DNA of 64,000 nucleotides from Strigamia acuminata. Taxonomy: Eukaryota. Positions 12,441 to 25,800 of this stretch are shown piece by piece; positions within the stretch are counted from its first letter, which is position 1; each line of letters starts with the position of its first letter. The notes below the pieces were generated by a model that saw only the letters and a list, made by a program, of their open reading frames with translations, was not told the DNA's origin and did not search any database. Location: contig OX442314.1 of assembly GCA_949358305.1 (NCBI GenBank), positions 26,040,001-26,104,000 on the forward strand, in the 5' to 3' direction. The position numbers and the translations under genes were made by a program.

Positions 12441-12907
12441 AAAATTGTACTTTTTATGTGGCAAAATATATTTCTAAGTGCCAAAATGACCTCTTTATGT
12501 GCAAAAATAATTTTTTAGGTGCAGAAATAAATTTTTAGCTACAAAAATAAATTTTAGGTGCAATAATCAATTTTTATGCGCAAAAATGTATTTTTATGCG
12601 CCAAAATGTATTTTTATGCGCAAAAATGTATTTTTATGAGCAAAAATGTATTTTTATGCGCAAAATTGTATTTTTATGCGCTAAAATGTATTTTTATGCG
12701 CAAAAATGTATTTTTATGCGCAAAAATGTATTTTAAAGTGCCAAAATGACCTCTTTATGTGCAAAAATAATTTTTTAGGTGCAAAAATAAATTTTAGGTG
12801 CAATAATCAATTTTTATGCGCAAAAATGTATTTTTACGCGCAAAAATGTATTTTTATGCGCAAAAATGTATTTTTATGTGCAAAAATGTATTTTTATGTG
12901 CAAAAAT
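12441..12907. repeat. 20-bp satellite (gcaaaaatgtatttttatgc) with a 260-bp higher-order duplication
   Basis: Tandem units; the variant block aagtgccaaaatgacctctttatg recurs at 12476 and 12736. Confidence 0.95.
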
Positions 12908-13352
12908 ACTCTCTTAAAATAGAAATTGCAGCTGCAATGTGCTGAGTACGTGCTAAAATATACTTTTTAGGTGTTCTGCTAATAACAATCATCAATAGGC
13001 ACTTGAAATCCGATCAAGAATTTTTTTTCTCATTATTAACCCTATTCCATTATCATCCAGCTCTACTTTTGAATTCAATTAAAGAGGACTTTATTTGAAA
13101 AGGGGGTAAAATCCGTAAAATTTTTTCAGATTCATCATCTCCCTTTTGAAGCTGTGGTCAACGATAAGAGTGTGCTTTGAATTGATGTGTAAAGAGAGGA
13201 GCAGGGATGGCTTTCCTATATTTGTCACTCGAATCAATATGGCGGTGCCAGGCTATGGATTTCTTTATATATATATATTCCTATCTCATGTTTGCTGAAG
13301 AAAAACTGCATCAAAAGAGAGTAGGGAATAGAAAATTGAAAAAGAGAGCTGA

Positions 13353-13394
<42 letters not shown>

Positions 13395-13846
13395 TTTCAA
13401 TCCTAAATAAAAATGGAAGAAAATCTACCACAATCGGTTCAAAGTCAATAAAAAAACCAATTAGTAAGAGAAAATGCAACAACTTATATTGTAAAAAACT
13501 TCAGCACCTGAGTTAGAATTTCTAATTAAACAACAAATCAATATGAGGAGTGATGACACCCTTTTCAACCGGTGCCATCAATTTCCAGCACAATAATCAT
13601 TTCTCATACAACTAAAACTGAATTTTACCATTTAAATGCCATGGCACGTGTGAATGCGATACGGCAAAAATATTCTACGGCCAGTGCTCGATTTAGATAC
13701 AATATATCGTGGAGCCATTAAGCAACAATGACATCGTTATAAGCTTTTTCAGAAAACTTATGACAAATTCCCATTGGATATTGACTTGTCGACAGATAAT
13801 AAATAATTGTTACAAATGCATAATAGACCGTTGGAAAATTATGACA

Positions 13847-13950
13847 TATACTCTTGTTCGACTCAAAAGGGTGGCCTTCTCCCATTGGCCGAGCCGCATT
13901 ACTCCTAACTCCAGTCTGTATTACTACCACTAGGAGAAGTAGTTTTTATT
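13847..13950. mobile_element. Partial TACTC MITE (one TIR plus subterminal core)
   Basis: tatactcttgttcgactcaaaaggg...cccattggccgagcc...actcctaactccag...ctaggagaagtag matches the core of the 27479-27904 and 42033-42435 copies. Confidence 0.8.
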
Positions 13951-15073
13951 TTTATTTATTTTTTAAATACGTATTTTAATTTTAATTTTAGGAATATTTT
14001 AGTGAGTATTACACAGTCATTTTCAAATTGAGCTCTTCCTTATTGATTGAGTAGGATCACATAATCAGTTATTTGTTTCCCTGAGTTCATCATACACACA
14101 ACATAACACAATGCAAAAACTGAAACCAAAACTACAAATTTCTGGAAACTAAAGGAAAGCAAATCTCCCCCATTTAATACAGCAAATTTAAAATATATAC
14201 AATTTTTTTATTATTCCTCATTTAACAGTAGAACTTCATATTTATTGATTGCTGAGTTATACTTAGTTCTCCTTCCATACCATTAAAACTACAGCGCATT
14301 AATAGCTAAATAATTGGGCAGTTATAGCCAAAGCTTTTATTCCACCAAACTATGCCTCATGAACTTTTCTATTACTCACACACCTATAACTCAGAAGGTG
14401 GCATCAAGCCCGCTACTTCAAACAGAAAAGAGACCCTCACCAAAGTCTTCTATGCATGTGATCCCCACTAGTAAATGCAGAAACAATTGAACTAGATCAA
14501 CTAGATAAACACTTGCTAGCATTTCAGATGCCATCTTCAAAAGCACAAGCATATCTTAACTTTTCCTATTACCCACTTCACACAGTGCATCTAAGCCTTT
14601 AGAACAACAATGAATAGCAGCAATGTTGATTTTTATCCCTTTAAGTAAGGTGACAATATTTCTATGTTTACTAAAATAATAATAAAAATTCTAAAATATT
14701 CTAAACTTTGTGGAGGTCTAGTAAAACCAGGTGTTTTTTTTAGACCTTAAGATTTGTTGATGCAACAGCTAAGTAAGTTTTGTCAGCTTGGTTGCCTAGC
14801 AACGTTGCTGTCAGAATTTTAAATTAATCATTTTCCCCCGTGACACCATCCCAGAACACAAGGTCTTGACTTGCAATTTGGTAGGTAAAACACATCTTAA
14901 AACATATTAAAAATCTACATCCTGACTTTTTATTTTTCACCCATATTAAGAATTTATGGCTGTCAACTTTGCTCCGCGTTTTTATCAGTATGGCGGATTA
15001 CTGCACAGCACAGGCTCACTAAGCTGCCACATTGAAGCATAGACACCCAAAACTCCAAACTCAAATTAAATAT

Positions 15074-15303
15074 ACCGTATTTTGCCGAATAAGAGTCGCC
15101 CTCGAATTGTAGCCGCCCTCGAATAGTAACCGGCCGATATTTCGGTATTCACCGACATCAATCCGATATTTTTTTGCGTGGCCGATACCGATATTGCCAC
15201 ATTTCTAAAACGTATGGGACATTTTAATGTACCGACCGATATTCGGTTGCCGATTATCGGTATCGGCAATACTGCAAAATATCGATATCGATCAAAGTCT
15301 AAT
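15074..15303. mobile_element. Left end of a CCGTATTT mariner/pogo-like MITE, followed by an ATCGG/CCGAT-repeat MITE fragment
   Basis: taccgtattttgccgaataagagtcgccctcgaa matches 60192-60225; then ccgata/tatcgg repeats ending aagtcta. Confidence 0.7.
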
Positions 15304-15319
15304 ATATATACGACAAACA

Positions 15320-15468
15320 AATCGCATAGGATCCGAAAAGTCGATTCGTTATAACGGAAGTTCGTTATATCAAATTTTTTTAACATGGTGTTCTATGGCC
15401 AACCAACCCACCAAGCCATTTTTAACTATTCGTTGCAACAAGAAATTCGTTATAACTAGGTTCGACTG
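15320..15468. mobile_element. Tigger/pogo-like MITE, uninterrupted paralogue of 62274-62715
   Basis: Ends gttataactaggttcgactg+TA; the body matches the flanks of the 62338-62663 insertion. Confidence 0.8.
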
Positions 15469-16982
15469 TATGTAAGCCCTAGCGACTTTTATTCCAAAAC
15501 GTTAAACTCAGCCAAGAAATAGTAGAATTATCTTTTTTTAAATATAATTTTGAAGATTTATTAGCATTATTTTCTCATCTCAGTCTTTTTTTAATCATTT
15601 CTTTCCGTATTTTAATTTATTTCCTTCCTTTGTAGGCCTTAGGGACCGTGCCTAAAACGCCTAATGGAAAACCCGGTCATGGCCACCATCTTCTCCAGAT
15701 CTTATTTAATCAGCATTTACATAATATGAAAATGGAATTAAACTCTCCCGCTTGTTCCCACAAGCTCAGTTGGCTCATTTTAAATCACCACAATTTCTAA
15801 AAGTATTCCAACCACAGCCTTTCTCCCTTGCATTTAAGCATATTATCATAGCAACAATAGCTGCCAATTAGCTCCAAATCCCAATTGCAGCTGACTTGCG
15901 TAGAATCCGGATGCTACAGTGTGAAATAACAGTGTTTAATTTAAAAAGGTAAACAACCACTAACCGAAATTGAAATCACAATTAAGCATCAACTAAGTTG
16001 ATGTTTATTAAATTCTTCTAATTAAAAATACATTTTATAGATATAATTTCATCCCATTACAATTCTTCACGAGGATTTACAACAATTGTCTAATTAATTT
16101 CATCCAGGTTGATTAATTTTCCATCCCTGTCATTGCAGTTCCACAACAACTACCGACTGCACATTTCATCAAACAGTACATAATGCGGACGAAGGAAAAA
16201 GACGCGGAAAAACCAAAGGTGAAGCTGCAGGAGAGAAAGGAGTGTGTGCTCACTACACGAGCTGCTATGCATTGCAATGAGGCCAGTCATGAAATGATTG
16301 ATGATAGACCCAACCAAAAACTTATATATATTTATAAAAGGCAAAAAAAAAATTTTTTTTTTTGTTTAAATAAAAAAAATAAAAAAAAGCAAACATAAAA
16401 AACCAAAATATCACCAAAACAGAAAAGAATAAGAGAAAAGTAAAGAAACAGAAGTATCAAATGGTGAAATCCCATTAGTTAATCATTTTTCACATGCCTG
16501 AACACAAAATGTGTCCATAAAGTAAATCCAACAAGTAAAGCCTCTAACCAACTGAGATTATACGCCATTCCCTCGTTGCAAGTTTGAAAATAATTTTCTT
16601 TATTTTTTTTCCAAGGCAACTATTATGCCAACTGGTTTAAGCTCACAATGGAACATCGCTCCGCTAGATTACCTTCTGATGGATGAGAGAATGAATAAAA
16701 TAAAATTTTATGATGCTAAACTATGCAGTTTGCAATTTGAAAATCGTTGTGCAAGACATAATGTACAATTCAAAAGAACATATATGTCCGTTTAAACTTG
16801 CTCCGATTGTGATTAAACACAAATTCTTTGAGGAAAATAACCGACTGAATCAACACTTGACTGAAAGCAGACTAAACCGGCCGCTGTTTTCAACTCAGAT
16901 CGAGAAAAGTGATTTCACAGTGGTCTGTGCACCTGCGCAAACAGCAAAACATATTTATTAACTCCAAGTTAAACATGACTTA

Positions 16983-17537
16983 CCCATATGGTTTAAAATT
17001 ATATTTTACTGTTCCACACAACCGCAAATGACAGAAAAATAAAGAAAAAGATCGAAAATGTTACGAAAATAACGCAAACGACCAAAAATTGAATATTTTG
17101 CTAAGTTATGACGCAAAATATAAATTATATAAAGAGGCAATACATGTTGTTAACTATAGGCTTGTCCAATTATTAAAATATTTACTAGTACTTTAAAGAA
17201 AAAATACCAGGTGGAGGGCTTGACCTGCGTTCCATGCGTTCCAAAATGTATAGCATTTCGAAGAATTAAGTATTATTTATACATTAAATAATGCATTTCC
17301 TAATACAATTGAAAAATTGCATTTGAAAATGCATTTTTGACAAATTTGACAAACAATTTGACATATTCGACAAATAAAAACATTGGGAACACACCTCTCA
17401 ATACATTTTACAAAATATAATATTTATTTGCAAACCAATAGCACGCAAAAATATATTGCAAAATGCGTTCTCGTGAAACCCAATGCATTTCAAAATACAT
17501 TGCAATACAATTTCCATGTATTTTCTAACCATATTGG
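16983..17537. mobile_element. MITE family D (CCCATATGGTT TIR, TA-flanked)
   Basis: TA cccatatggtttaaaa ... tttctaaccatattgg TA. Internal aaaatacattgcaatac/ccaatagcacgc motifs recur at ~28000-28165, 32720-33180, 34870-35016, 42607-43033 and 52305-52440. Confidence 0.7.
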
Positions 17538-18635
17538 TAGTGTCATTTCTGGCCAAATACCAAATATTTGCCGCATTCCTTGCACGAAGAAGAAATGTGT
17601 TAATTATATGTTCTCATTTGTTGATTGGTTGGCTCGATACCGTCTCCATTTAAGAGGTGTCAATTTAAAACCATCAGCTGCTGGTGATGGGTTGTTTCAG
17701 GCATGGATAAATCTGACATGGCACTTTTTCTGATGAGAACTAAAGTTGTCACAACTGTTTGTTTCTCGACTCGAACTCAATGCTAAATGAGACTGCCAAT
17801 TCCCCTGATAAATAGCACCGGCAATTAATCACAAACTGTGAAATCAACCATTTGTTACAGTTTGTTATGACATTGTGACAAAGGGATCACTCAGACTAAC
17901 CACACCGCATGTGCGTGCACAGTGCTGGCAAGTTTGCCAATATCAAGCAAAACCACTGGCCTTGTAGGCATACTTCAACAAGTCAAACGCAGATGTGACC
18001 CGTGTTATAGGCACAATCGACTGTTGGATATTCTTCATATGTTCTTTTAAAAATTACTAATAAAGCCCCGAACACTCTCGAACAAACATTCGACTTCGCT
18101 AAAACATCAACAAATTTAATGTGTTCTTCGAACGTTTTAGACGCGACGATTCATTTCGTCTATTTTTAAACAAGTAATCGAGTGAACTGTAATCTAAGTT
18201 CAATAGCCCTAATCAGCTAATTCAGTGACCCTGTAATTATCACCGCAGCAATATTCAAGATAACAATTACTACTAAAACCACAATTCTCAACAAAACCAT
18301 TTTGAAGCTTGTATTTGGGCTAAATGGTCTCCAAAAACCATTTCTGCTCTGCAATCTACTGATGTGTCCAAGTAATACTAGCTTTAAGCTTAATTACATA
18401 TGTTATTGATCAGTATGTAATGGCATGCTTTCAATGTAACACCTTCCATTAAATTTTTATGATTGTCATCCAAACAAATCTCCATTAGTAATTTTCTGAC
18501 TGTCATTCACACAAAAGATGAATAAGTTAGTACATTTCCCTTCATTCTACTACAATAACTCATTAATTAATTTATCACACCAATCAATCCATTTCATCAT
18601 TACATGCAATCTAAACAATCTAATTTATCGACTGC

Positions 18636-18668
18636 AATTACCTGTAATTAATTAAAATATAAAACGGC
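18636..18668 (-). other. Second, weaker candidate recursive splice site TTACAG|GTAATT
   Basis: Minus strand gttttatattttaattaattaCAG|GTAATT, junction at 18642/18641. Confidence 0.3.
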
Positions 18669-20505
18669 CTTTTATTTAATGACTTTACAAACTGCTGGCC
18701 TTTTGACTTCAGTAATCTCCACCAAAAAATCAGAAATTCAATCAAACAACAGGCTTAAATTATTATTTGTTATTGGAATATGTGTCCACCTGGTGGCAGG
18801 TGTTAGTGGTTGTTAGGAAGCTAAGTTCCACACACTATTATTGGGTTTTCATGTGTGCTGCAGTCATCTGTACAAGTAGTTGCTTTGTTCCATCTAGTTT
18901 TATTGCTGTTTTACAAAAATGGCTTGAATTTGTCTCTCTCCTGTTTGCTGCAAGGCTTGTGCAACATTTCAGGTCTGATTTGCTTCAGGTTGAAACAGTA
19001 TAAGAGTATAAGACTCTTATTGCAGACTTCTTGTTTACCAAAAGTAATGAGAAAAACCCTCATTGGACAACACACTATTAATCGTTTTCCCGGGAGATAT
19101 TCCTTCAACAAAGCAGAAAATACCTCTCATTTAAGTTGTTCAAGATATTTACTGCAGATTACAGTTTCAACATTTCAAACTTTGCTAAGACTCATCACAT
19201 GAATAATTTTACATTAAAGTTACTTGCCTCCGAGACAAATCATTAAAACTTCATCATAAACAAATTTCCTTATGCACATGCGCCACTGATCGTATGAATT
19301 CCATGGCACAAACAACACAGGCACTTTTACTGGAATTAAAAAGAGCAAAACCAAATTCTGCTAGCACCGGTATTCTATTATTCATACCACACAGCGAAAA
19401 TGCAAATAGAATTTTTTTAAGTGAATTTCCTCACCAATACCGTTCGCATCCAGTACCGTGATGGCAAATTCATACTGCGCATCCCATTCTGCGCAGTTGA
19501 TTTCCTTATTCCAGTTGTTATTTAGCAGTGTTAAGCCTAATACTAACAAAATAAAACTAATACACAACAATTTATTAATTTGGGAACAGAATTCTCACGA
19601 ATTTTTGGAAAAGTAATCAAAACCAGGCAAGAACAAAGATAAATGGCAAAAATAAATAAGGGAAAATAATAAAATTGAGGATTAATAAAAATAAAACAAT
19701 TTGAAGAAATTAAAACAATTCCTAATCAAAATTGGACAAAACAGGGAAAAAGGCGCAAAACATGCGCAAAATGTGATGCACATTTTGAATTGGCATCAAG
19801 ATAGCAGGCACAAACTGCACCACTCACCACCAGGGCTGGATTTAATGGCGGGCAAGTGAGGCACTCGCCCCGTTGGTAATGGTTAATTTTTTTACTTCAA
19901 GTACTTTTATTCGATTATTTATTAGACAAGCCTTAAGTTAACAACATTTATTGCCACGATGCTATACAATCGATTATTATTGGTGCCATAAAATTCAAAT
20001 GTTAAAAGTGCGTGTTCAAGTCCCTAACCAACGTTATTCAACAATAAAACCGGATTAGACAGATGCGCATGAACCACGACCAACCTTCTTTAACGGCATT
20101 GTCCATTAAAATCTCTTCAGGCTTTAAATATGGCCACCACTTTAGGAATGTTTCTTAAATTGTTTGCATTGTCTCCTATAAAAGGCCATTGGGAAGTGCA
20201 TATTACCCAGGCTTCAAAGAATGCGAATATGAAGACATTCCTCATCGTTGGCCAAATTCCATAACATTCTTGTCACGCTTCGCAGCCAGTAATGAACAAA
20301 GTTGGCCTCTCCTCATAATAAACTTAGCACGTCACTTCCTTTCTCATTTGCATAATCACATTACCATTTCAATTTCAATATTGATTCTTCGAAAAACAAG
20401 AGACAATTGTCAATTATTCACCGGCAGCCAATCAAAATATTTAATCAGACTTGTACACAAAGGATTAGAAAAAAAAATGCAAATGAAAACAATAGGAAAA
20501 TAAAT

Positions 20506-20537
<32 letters not shown>

Positions 20538-20915
20538 AATTGCGAGAAATATGTTATTAACGCTCTCTCTCGTCAGGTGAAAATCCCAGCTGTCAAATTA
20601 GTAGCCATGCAACCGGAAGAGGTTAAAAACCCGGCCACATCAAATCTGTGTCATCACCAACAGACCAAGAGAAATAAAAAAGAAAGTAAAAAAAAAAAAG
20701 AAAAAGAAGAAGAAAAAAAAGATGGGAGATGAAAAGAGGGAGAAAAAACGATCCAGGAATGGATCAAAGTCATTTCACACTTGATCACACGCAGGAAAAC
20801 CTCACAAGATGGATGACAAGAATGGGTGAGTGGGGGTAAAACGAAAACTATTTTAAAAGAGACGTTATAGAATTTGATGCTTCTTACTTCCGGTTCAACT
20901 GCACTGGCCTTTGAG

Positions 20916-21188
20916 CACTGGTGCATTATAATATGGGCACCCTGGGCACATGCCAAGGGCCCAAGATTCCCAAAGGGCCCCATTTCAAATGCTCAGCAAA
21001 CCAAAAACAAAATGAAACAATAAAAACAAAACATTTTTTTATGCAAACTTCAAAATAAAAAAATAAAAAAATAATTTCTACAATTACAAAAAATTATAAT
21101 GACCTAGCACAATATTTTCCATAATTTCACGGTTTGCTCCGGTGCATTTCGAGCCCTGGTGGGCCCCAAGCTCCATAATGCACCAAGA
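20916..21188. mobile_element. Probable hAT-like MITE with GGGCCC subterminal motifs
   Basis: Inverted ends ggtgcattat / ataatgcacc; TSD not clean. Confidence 0.55.
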
Positions 21189-21721
21189 GTTTAAGATATT
21201 GATGGAAAACTAGGAGTGTTATAATGTTTTTAATTACAAATGACAGGGCTTATATGCAATTACTTCCGGTTTCAAAGATATATGGTGGCCTCCATAATTC
21301 ATGTTATTACATTGTGCAGTGTTATGTAAAATAAAATGTCGTGCCAAAAGCAATCACTTCCGGTTTATTCGCAGGAAGGCTATTTTTGGAATTGAAAACG
21401 AGTCAGCACTAATGATTAGACGAAATTTAAAATATAAAGTGATTAATATCAATCTGGGCTTGGGATTTATGCTCCTTTGAGAGCGCTAATGTTGCACTAC
21501 ATCTCCATTTATATTCATAGAATGTGAATAGAAAAGCATGGATTTATTTCCTGCAGACAACACAAATTCTGATTTGCGCTTCCATTTCATCGCAATTTCA
21601 AACCACATGTACGCAGATAATATCTATTTGTATTATTTGCGTAATTATGTTATCGTCAATCTTTTATGGCGAATAAATTTCATTAATTTCTTTTTTACAG
21701 ATTATATTTAAACATTTTCTA

Positions 21722-22081
21722 CACTGCTGGTCAAAATTATAAACTCGCCCTCAAAATGTAAAAAAAAAACATGACCAATTGTTTTGATCTATAAATATTG
21801 TTATTAATGCACAAAATAAACACATTTCCCATCAACTGGATCAAATTGTTTCATTAGCAACAAAAATATTAACAAAAATTCATGTTTGGCGTTTTTAAAG
21901 TCACATTTTGCTAAAGTTAGTGCATTTCATTCAGATCTCAGCCAAGAAAAAGCATAAAATAGTAATTATAACACATCATTTATTTATTCCACCTATTTTT
22001 ATTCATTTAAGTGAACTTTAAGTATTTGCTCAACCAATTTCAACGCACCTAATGTGATTTTTCTGTTTTTGACCAGCGCAC
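21722..22081. mobile_element. Tc1-like MITE relic
   Basis: TA+CACTGCTGGTCAAAA (Tc1-type terminus) and degenerate right end ttttgaccagc. Confidence 0.5.
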
Positions 22082-23299
22082 TCTACCAACCTGAGCGTGA
22101 GTAATGATATTATTTGCACTAGCCTCAGTTTTCATACAAGAATTGGAAAATTTCATCAAAAGCAAGAAAGGTAATCGACTGTAAGGTCTGGTGGATCGGT
22201 AGTGATGTTGTGGAATAAAACTCGATGTGTCTGGCATAAATCTAGTATTAGAAGCAGGGACGGAACAAGTGAGCAAAAAAAGAACTTTTGCCAACCAACA
22301 CTTAGTGAAAATTCAAAGCGAAGAAGATATGAACAAGCCGAAACTTCCATTTACAAGTGCTTAGCAGTTAAAAGCCCGGCTTCGGTCATGTAAATTACCA
22401 GTCGTGTATCTTGTTAGTAACAAGAACTTTCGTCCAAATCGCATGTCTACAAGCGTGTGAATGCCTTGTTCACTCGCATTACGACTGAATTAAGTTAAAA
22501 CAAATTTACAGCACAACTTTTAGCAGTTGTTTACACAAAAGGCACCGCGATAAGTTCCTGAAGAGTCAAACATGCAATGGAGGCTTTCATATATTCATAC
22601 ACTCATCTTCATTTTTAATAAACAACATTTGTTACATATCAACTAAGTTACATAGTTAATTTGTAAAATATTGTTCCAACAGTTCCATCCGCTACCAAGT
22701 ACCCATTACGGGGTACGGCCGTTGTCTGTATTCCAGCTAAATTTATCAAGTCTAAAATCAATAAAAACAAATTGCCCAAATAAACAATTTGAACTTTCAC
22801 ATACATAAATCGAGTTACGATTGGTCAAAAGTGACGTCCGACAGCAATATTTAGTAATCTAAGTAGTCAAATTACTAGTTTAAACACATTCCAAATTCAA
22901 ACTAGCTATTTGTGCCTTGGTGGAAGGTTCCATTCTCCCACCCATAAATCCAATCCTGCTTACGCCGAGTGATTTACATACTCAGTTACTATGGCAACTG
23001 CTAAGAGCACATCTTATCAGATACACTATCTCATTGAGAAACGTAAACAAAACTTTCAGCCGACTGAATCCTCTCCTCCTCCAGTATTATCCTTCCCTTC
23101 AGAAATTAGGCAGCATTAAACCAATCATTCAACCAAAAACCCATAAACAGGACAGCTCCACACCACCCAACCCTAACATTTCCCTCACACCACATAAAGC
23201 ACAAACTTTCCACACCAATCTGAATAGCAGCCACCTAACACACAAGCTTTAAATCACCTTTGCCAGAAGAGAGAGAAAGAGAAAGGGAGAAAGACACCC

Positions 23300-25800
23300 C
23301 ACTGTGAATAAAACATAGACATCTCGCAGTGTCCAAAGTGGGTATAGCCAAAACTAGAGTCGACCAAACGTGGCCAGTTATTGCCCAAAGAGGTAGGGGG
23401 TTTGCAGTCGGCCATATTTCACCAAGAGATGCATGGCCTCACTCCGCCCACGCATTCCTAAACTCAGCGGGCCAGTTGAACTACAGGGGGCAAAGCAATT
23501 GATGTTTACCACGACCATGTCTGTCTAATGGCTACGTCGGATTTTAAGCTTTCCAACTTGCTAGAAATTCCCATTGCCAATATTCCAGCAATTTCTCCAC
23601 CGCCACACAAGATGAAGAATTCCCTCCATCATCCCCTGAGACAGCTAAAAGCTGCTGACAAGTGTCTTTTTTTACACCTGTTTCTTCTCCGTTGCCTATT
23701 TTTTCGTCTCCACACCTTGACGACTTCCACCAGAGGCTGCACGGCCCCCTCCAGACCCAATCAATATTTGCACCCATAATTCAGTTGGTGTCGCATGGCT
23801 TATTTTGTGTGAACACGAGCGCATTTCTTGCGTGGATGTTGCTTAAACCGGTTAAGAGATTTGTTTTTGAGGGTTTAAAATGGATTGGTGCGGCCACGTA
23901 TTAATGCTTAAACGAGTTTAATCATATAGATGGTGTTATTGCATGTGATGACATTAATCGGTTTAAGTTGCGGTGAGCCCGTCCGAGGACGGTGGTTTTC
24001 TGTCTTCGTAATCGGTTTTCTAACAGCTATGTTTTCATGTTTTCCTACTTCTGATAACTTAACAACCGCAACTCGAGTGACTAGGAAAGCCACGGAGTTT
24101 AGATGAGACGGTAACTTGTTTACAGGCTACGATTAAGAACAATATGAGATAGTGCAAGAAGGAAGATTACACCTGTGTTGGGCTGGAGAGTCGTCGATAA
24201 AGATAATATTTATTTGAAAAGTTTGGCAGGCTGGGTATTAAAGACGAGGTATGATTGTGGGTTGGTTGCGATGAGTTAAAGGAAGAATTGTTGTAAAGTA
24301 TTGCTGATATTGTGCGTTGGTTTTTAGTTTTTTTTTTTTAGTGAGTATTGATTGGATTTTATTCGATTTAAAAAATGATAAATATTCTGTTTAATTTGGT
24401 AAATGGATGAGTTTTTTTTATACTTGTGGCGAGTCGTGTTTGTTGTAGCTTCTCGAGTTTTGTAAATCGATAAAAGTACAGAGATGTGGAATTTTAAAAA
24501 TCGTAAATTTACAGAATATTTGTAAATTTACAGACAGCCAAACATTTTTGTATCTTCGAAATTCCAACAATTCGTAAATCTACAAAATTCTAACAATTCG
24601 TAAATCTACAAAATTCCAACAATTCGTAAATCTACAAAATTCCAACAATTCGTAAATCTACAAAATTCCAACAATTCGTAAATCTACAAAATCCCAAAAC
24701 CTTATACGATAAAAATTAATAATAAAAAAAAATTTAAAATTAAAATAAAAATAATGCAAATAAAAAAATCCAGAACAAACACAATCCCCTTTTAAGAAAC
24801 CCCAAAACTAAACAATTCCTCTAAACCGATTTGCACGAATATTTAAACAAGCTATTCATTTAAATTTAAATACTCGCACAAATCCGATTTAAAACGCAAT
24901 AACACAAACCATCACCTTTCGTCTCTATTCCTATTCAAACAATCCACAATCAATCACATAAAAAAAAAAACAGCAAAAATACCCACAACAACAAAATTAA
25001 AAAAAAAAAAAAAAAATCACACACAAACCAACAATAAACTACAAAATCCCAAAATTTACAACCGAAACACCTCCCCAACCTTCCAAAACCCCTAATTTAT
25101 CAATTTACATGCAAGACCCACCCTAGAATAAATAAACACCACATTCAAAATAAAAAAAAAAGAAAATCCCCAAATACAACTTCAGTGACCTTATCACCAT
25201 TCTCATTACAAACTCACGCACCAAAACTACTCCTATTTTCCCTTAAACAAACCCCATCAAATTAATTTACCACCCCTCGCACTTCCCTTCATGCGTGTAT
25301 GCAGCGAAGCCGTCGCGCAGCTCCCTCTCTCTCTCTCTAACTGCTTCTCTAACCGTGTAAAAGTGTCGAAGGTGATTTTAATTTGCCATGCAAATGAAAC
25401 TGAGTCGATCGAGAGGAAGGAAAATGATTTAGCTAAAGAGCGAATCAAAAGAAGTCGGGCGCATTCAAAATAAAATCGAAACGAATACTAAAGAGGGTAA
25501 TAACGCCTTGCCAGCGGCGCACGGCTCGTCCGACTCAACTCCGACTGCCATTCGCGGCCCCTCCCTCTACCTCCAATCCGCCACACCCGCCCACGCCTAC
25601 CGTAAAGCCATTTACACTAAGAAAACGACCCGCGGAAATATATTCTCGCATCAAACCAACTTAGGACTTTTGTTCGACAACCAACTTCGGATGGTTCGGC
25701 AGGAAAGCGAAAAAAGGGGGAGTTTTTTCATTATTCATGAAAAACGGGGGAATGGCAAAAGAGAGGAGAGAAAAAGGAAAAAAATTGGATAAATGGAATC
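23300..25800. promoter_or_regulatory. GC/CpG-richer regulatory-looking region with GC boxes, GAGA tracts and strand-skew flips
   Basis: ccgccc at ~23444 and ~25587; (ct)n at ~25325; plus strand turns G/T-rich at ~24150-24500 between C/A-rich flanks. Confidence 0.35.
24559..24692. repeat. 26-bp tandem repeat x5 (aaattccaacaattcgtaaatctaca)
   Basis: Direct inspection. Confidence 0.95.

Noticed and set aside
13353..13392. ~40-nt poly(A) as a retrocopy tail
   Set aside because: No upstream retroposed body or TSD is identifiable, and poly(A) runs are common throughout the window.
10690..18800. CTCF-like motifs (cactagaggacgcc at ~10690; ccacctggtggcag at ~18786)
   Set aside because: Each has a core mismatch; such matches are expected by chance in 64 kb.
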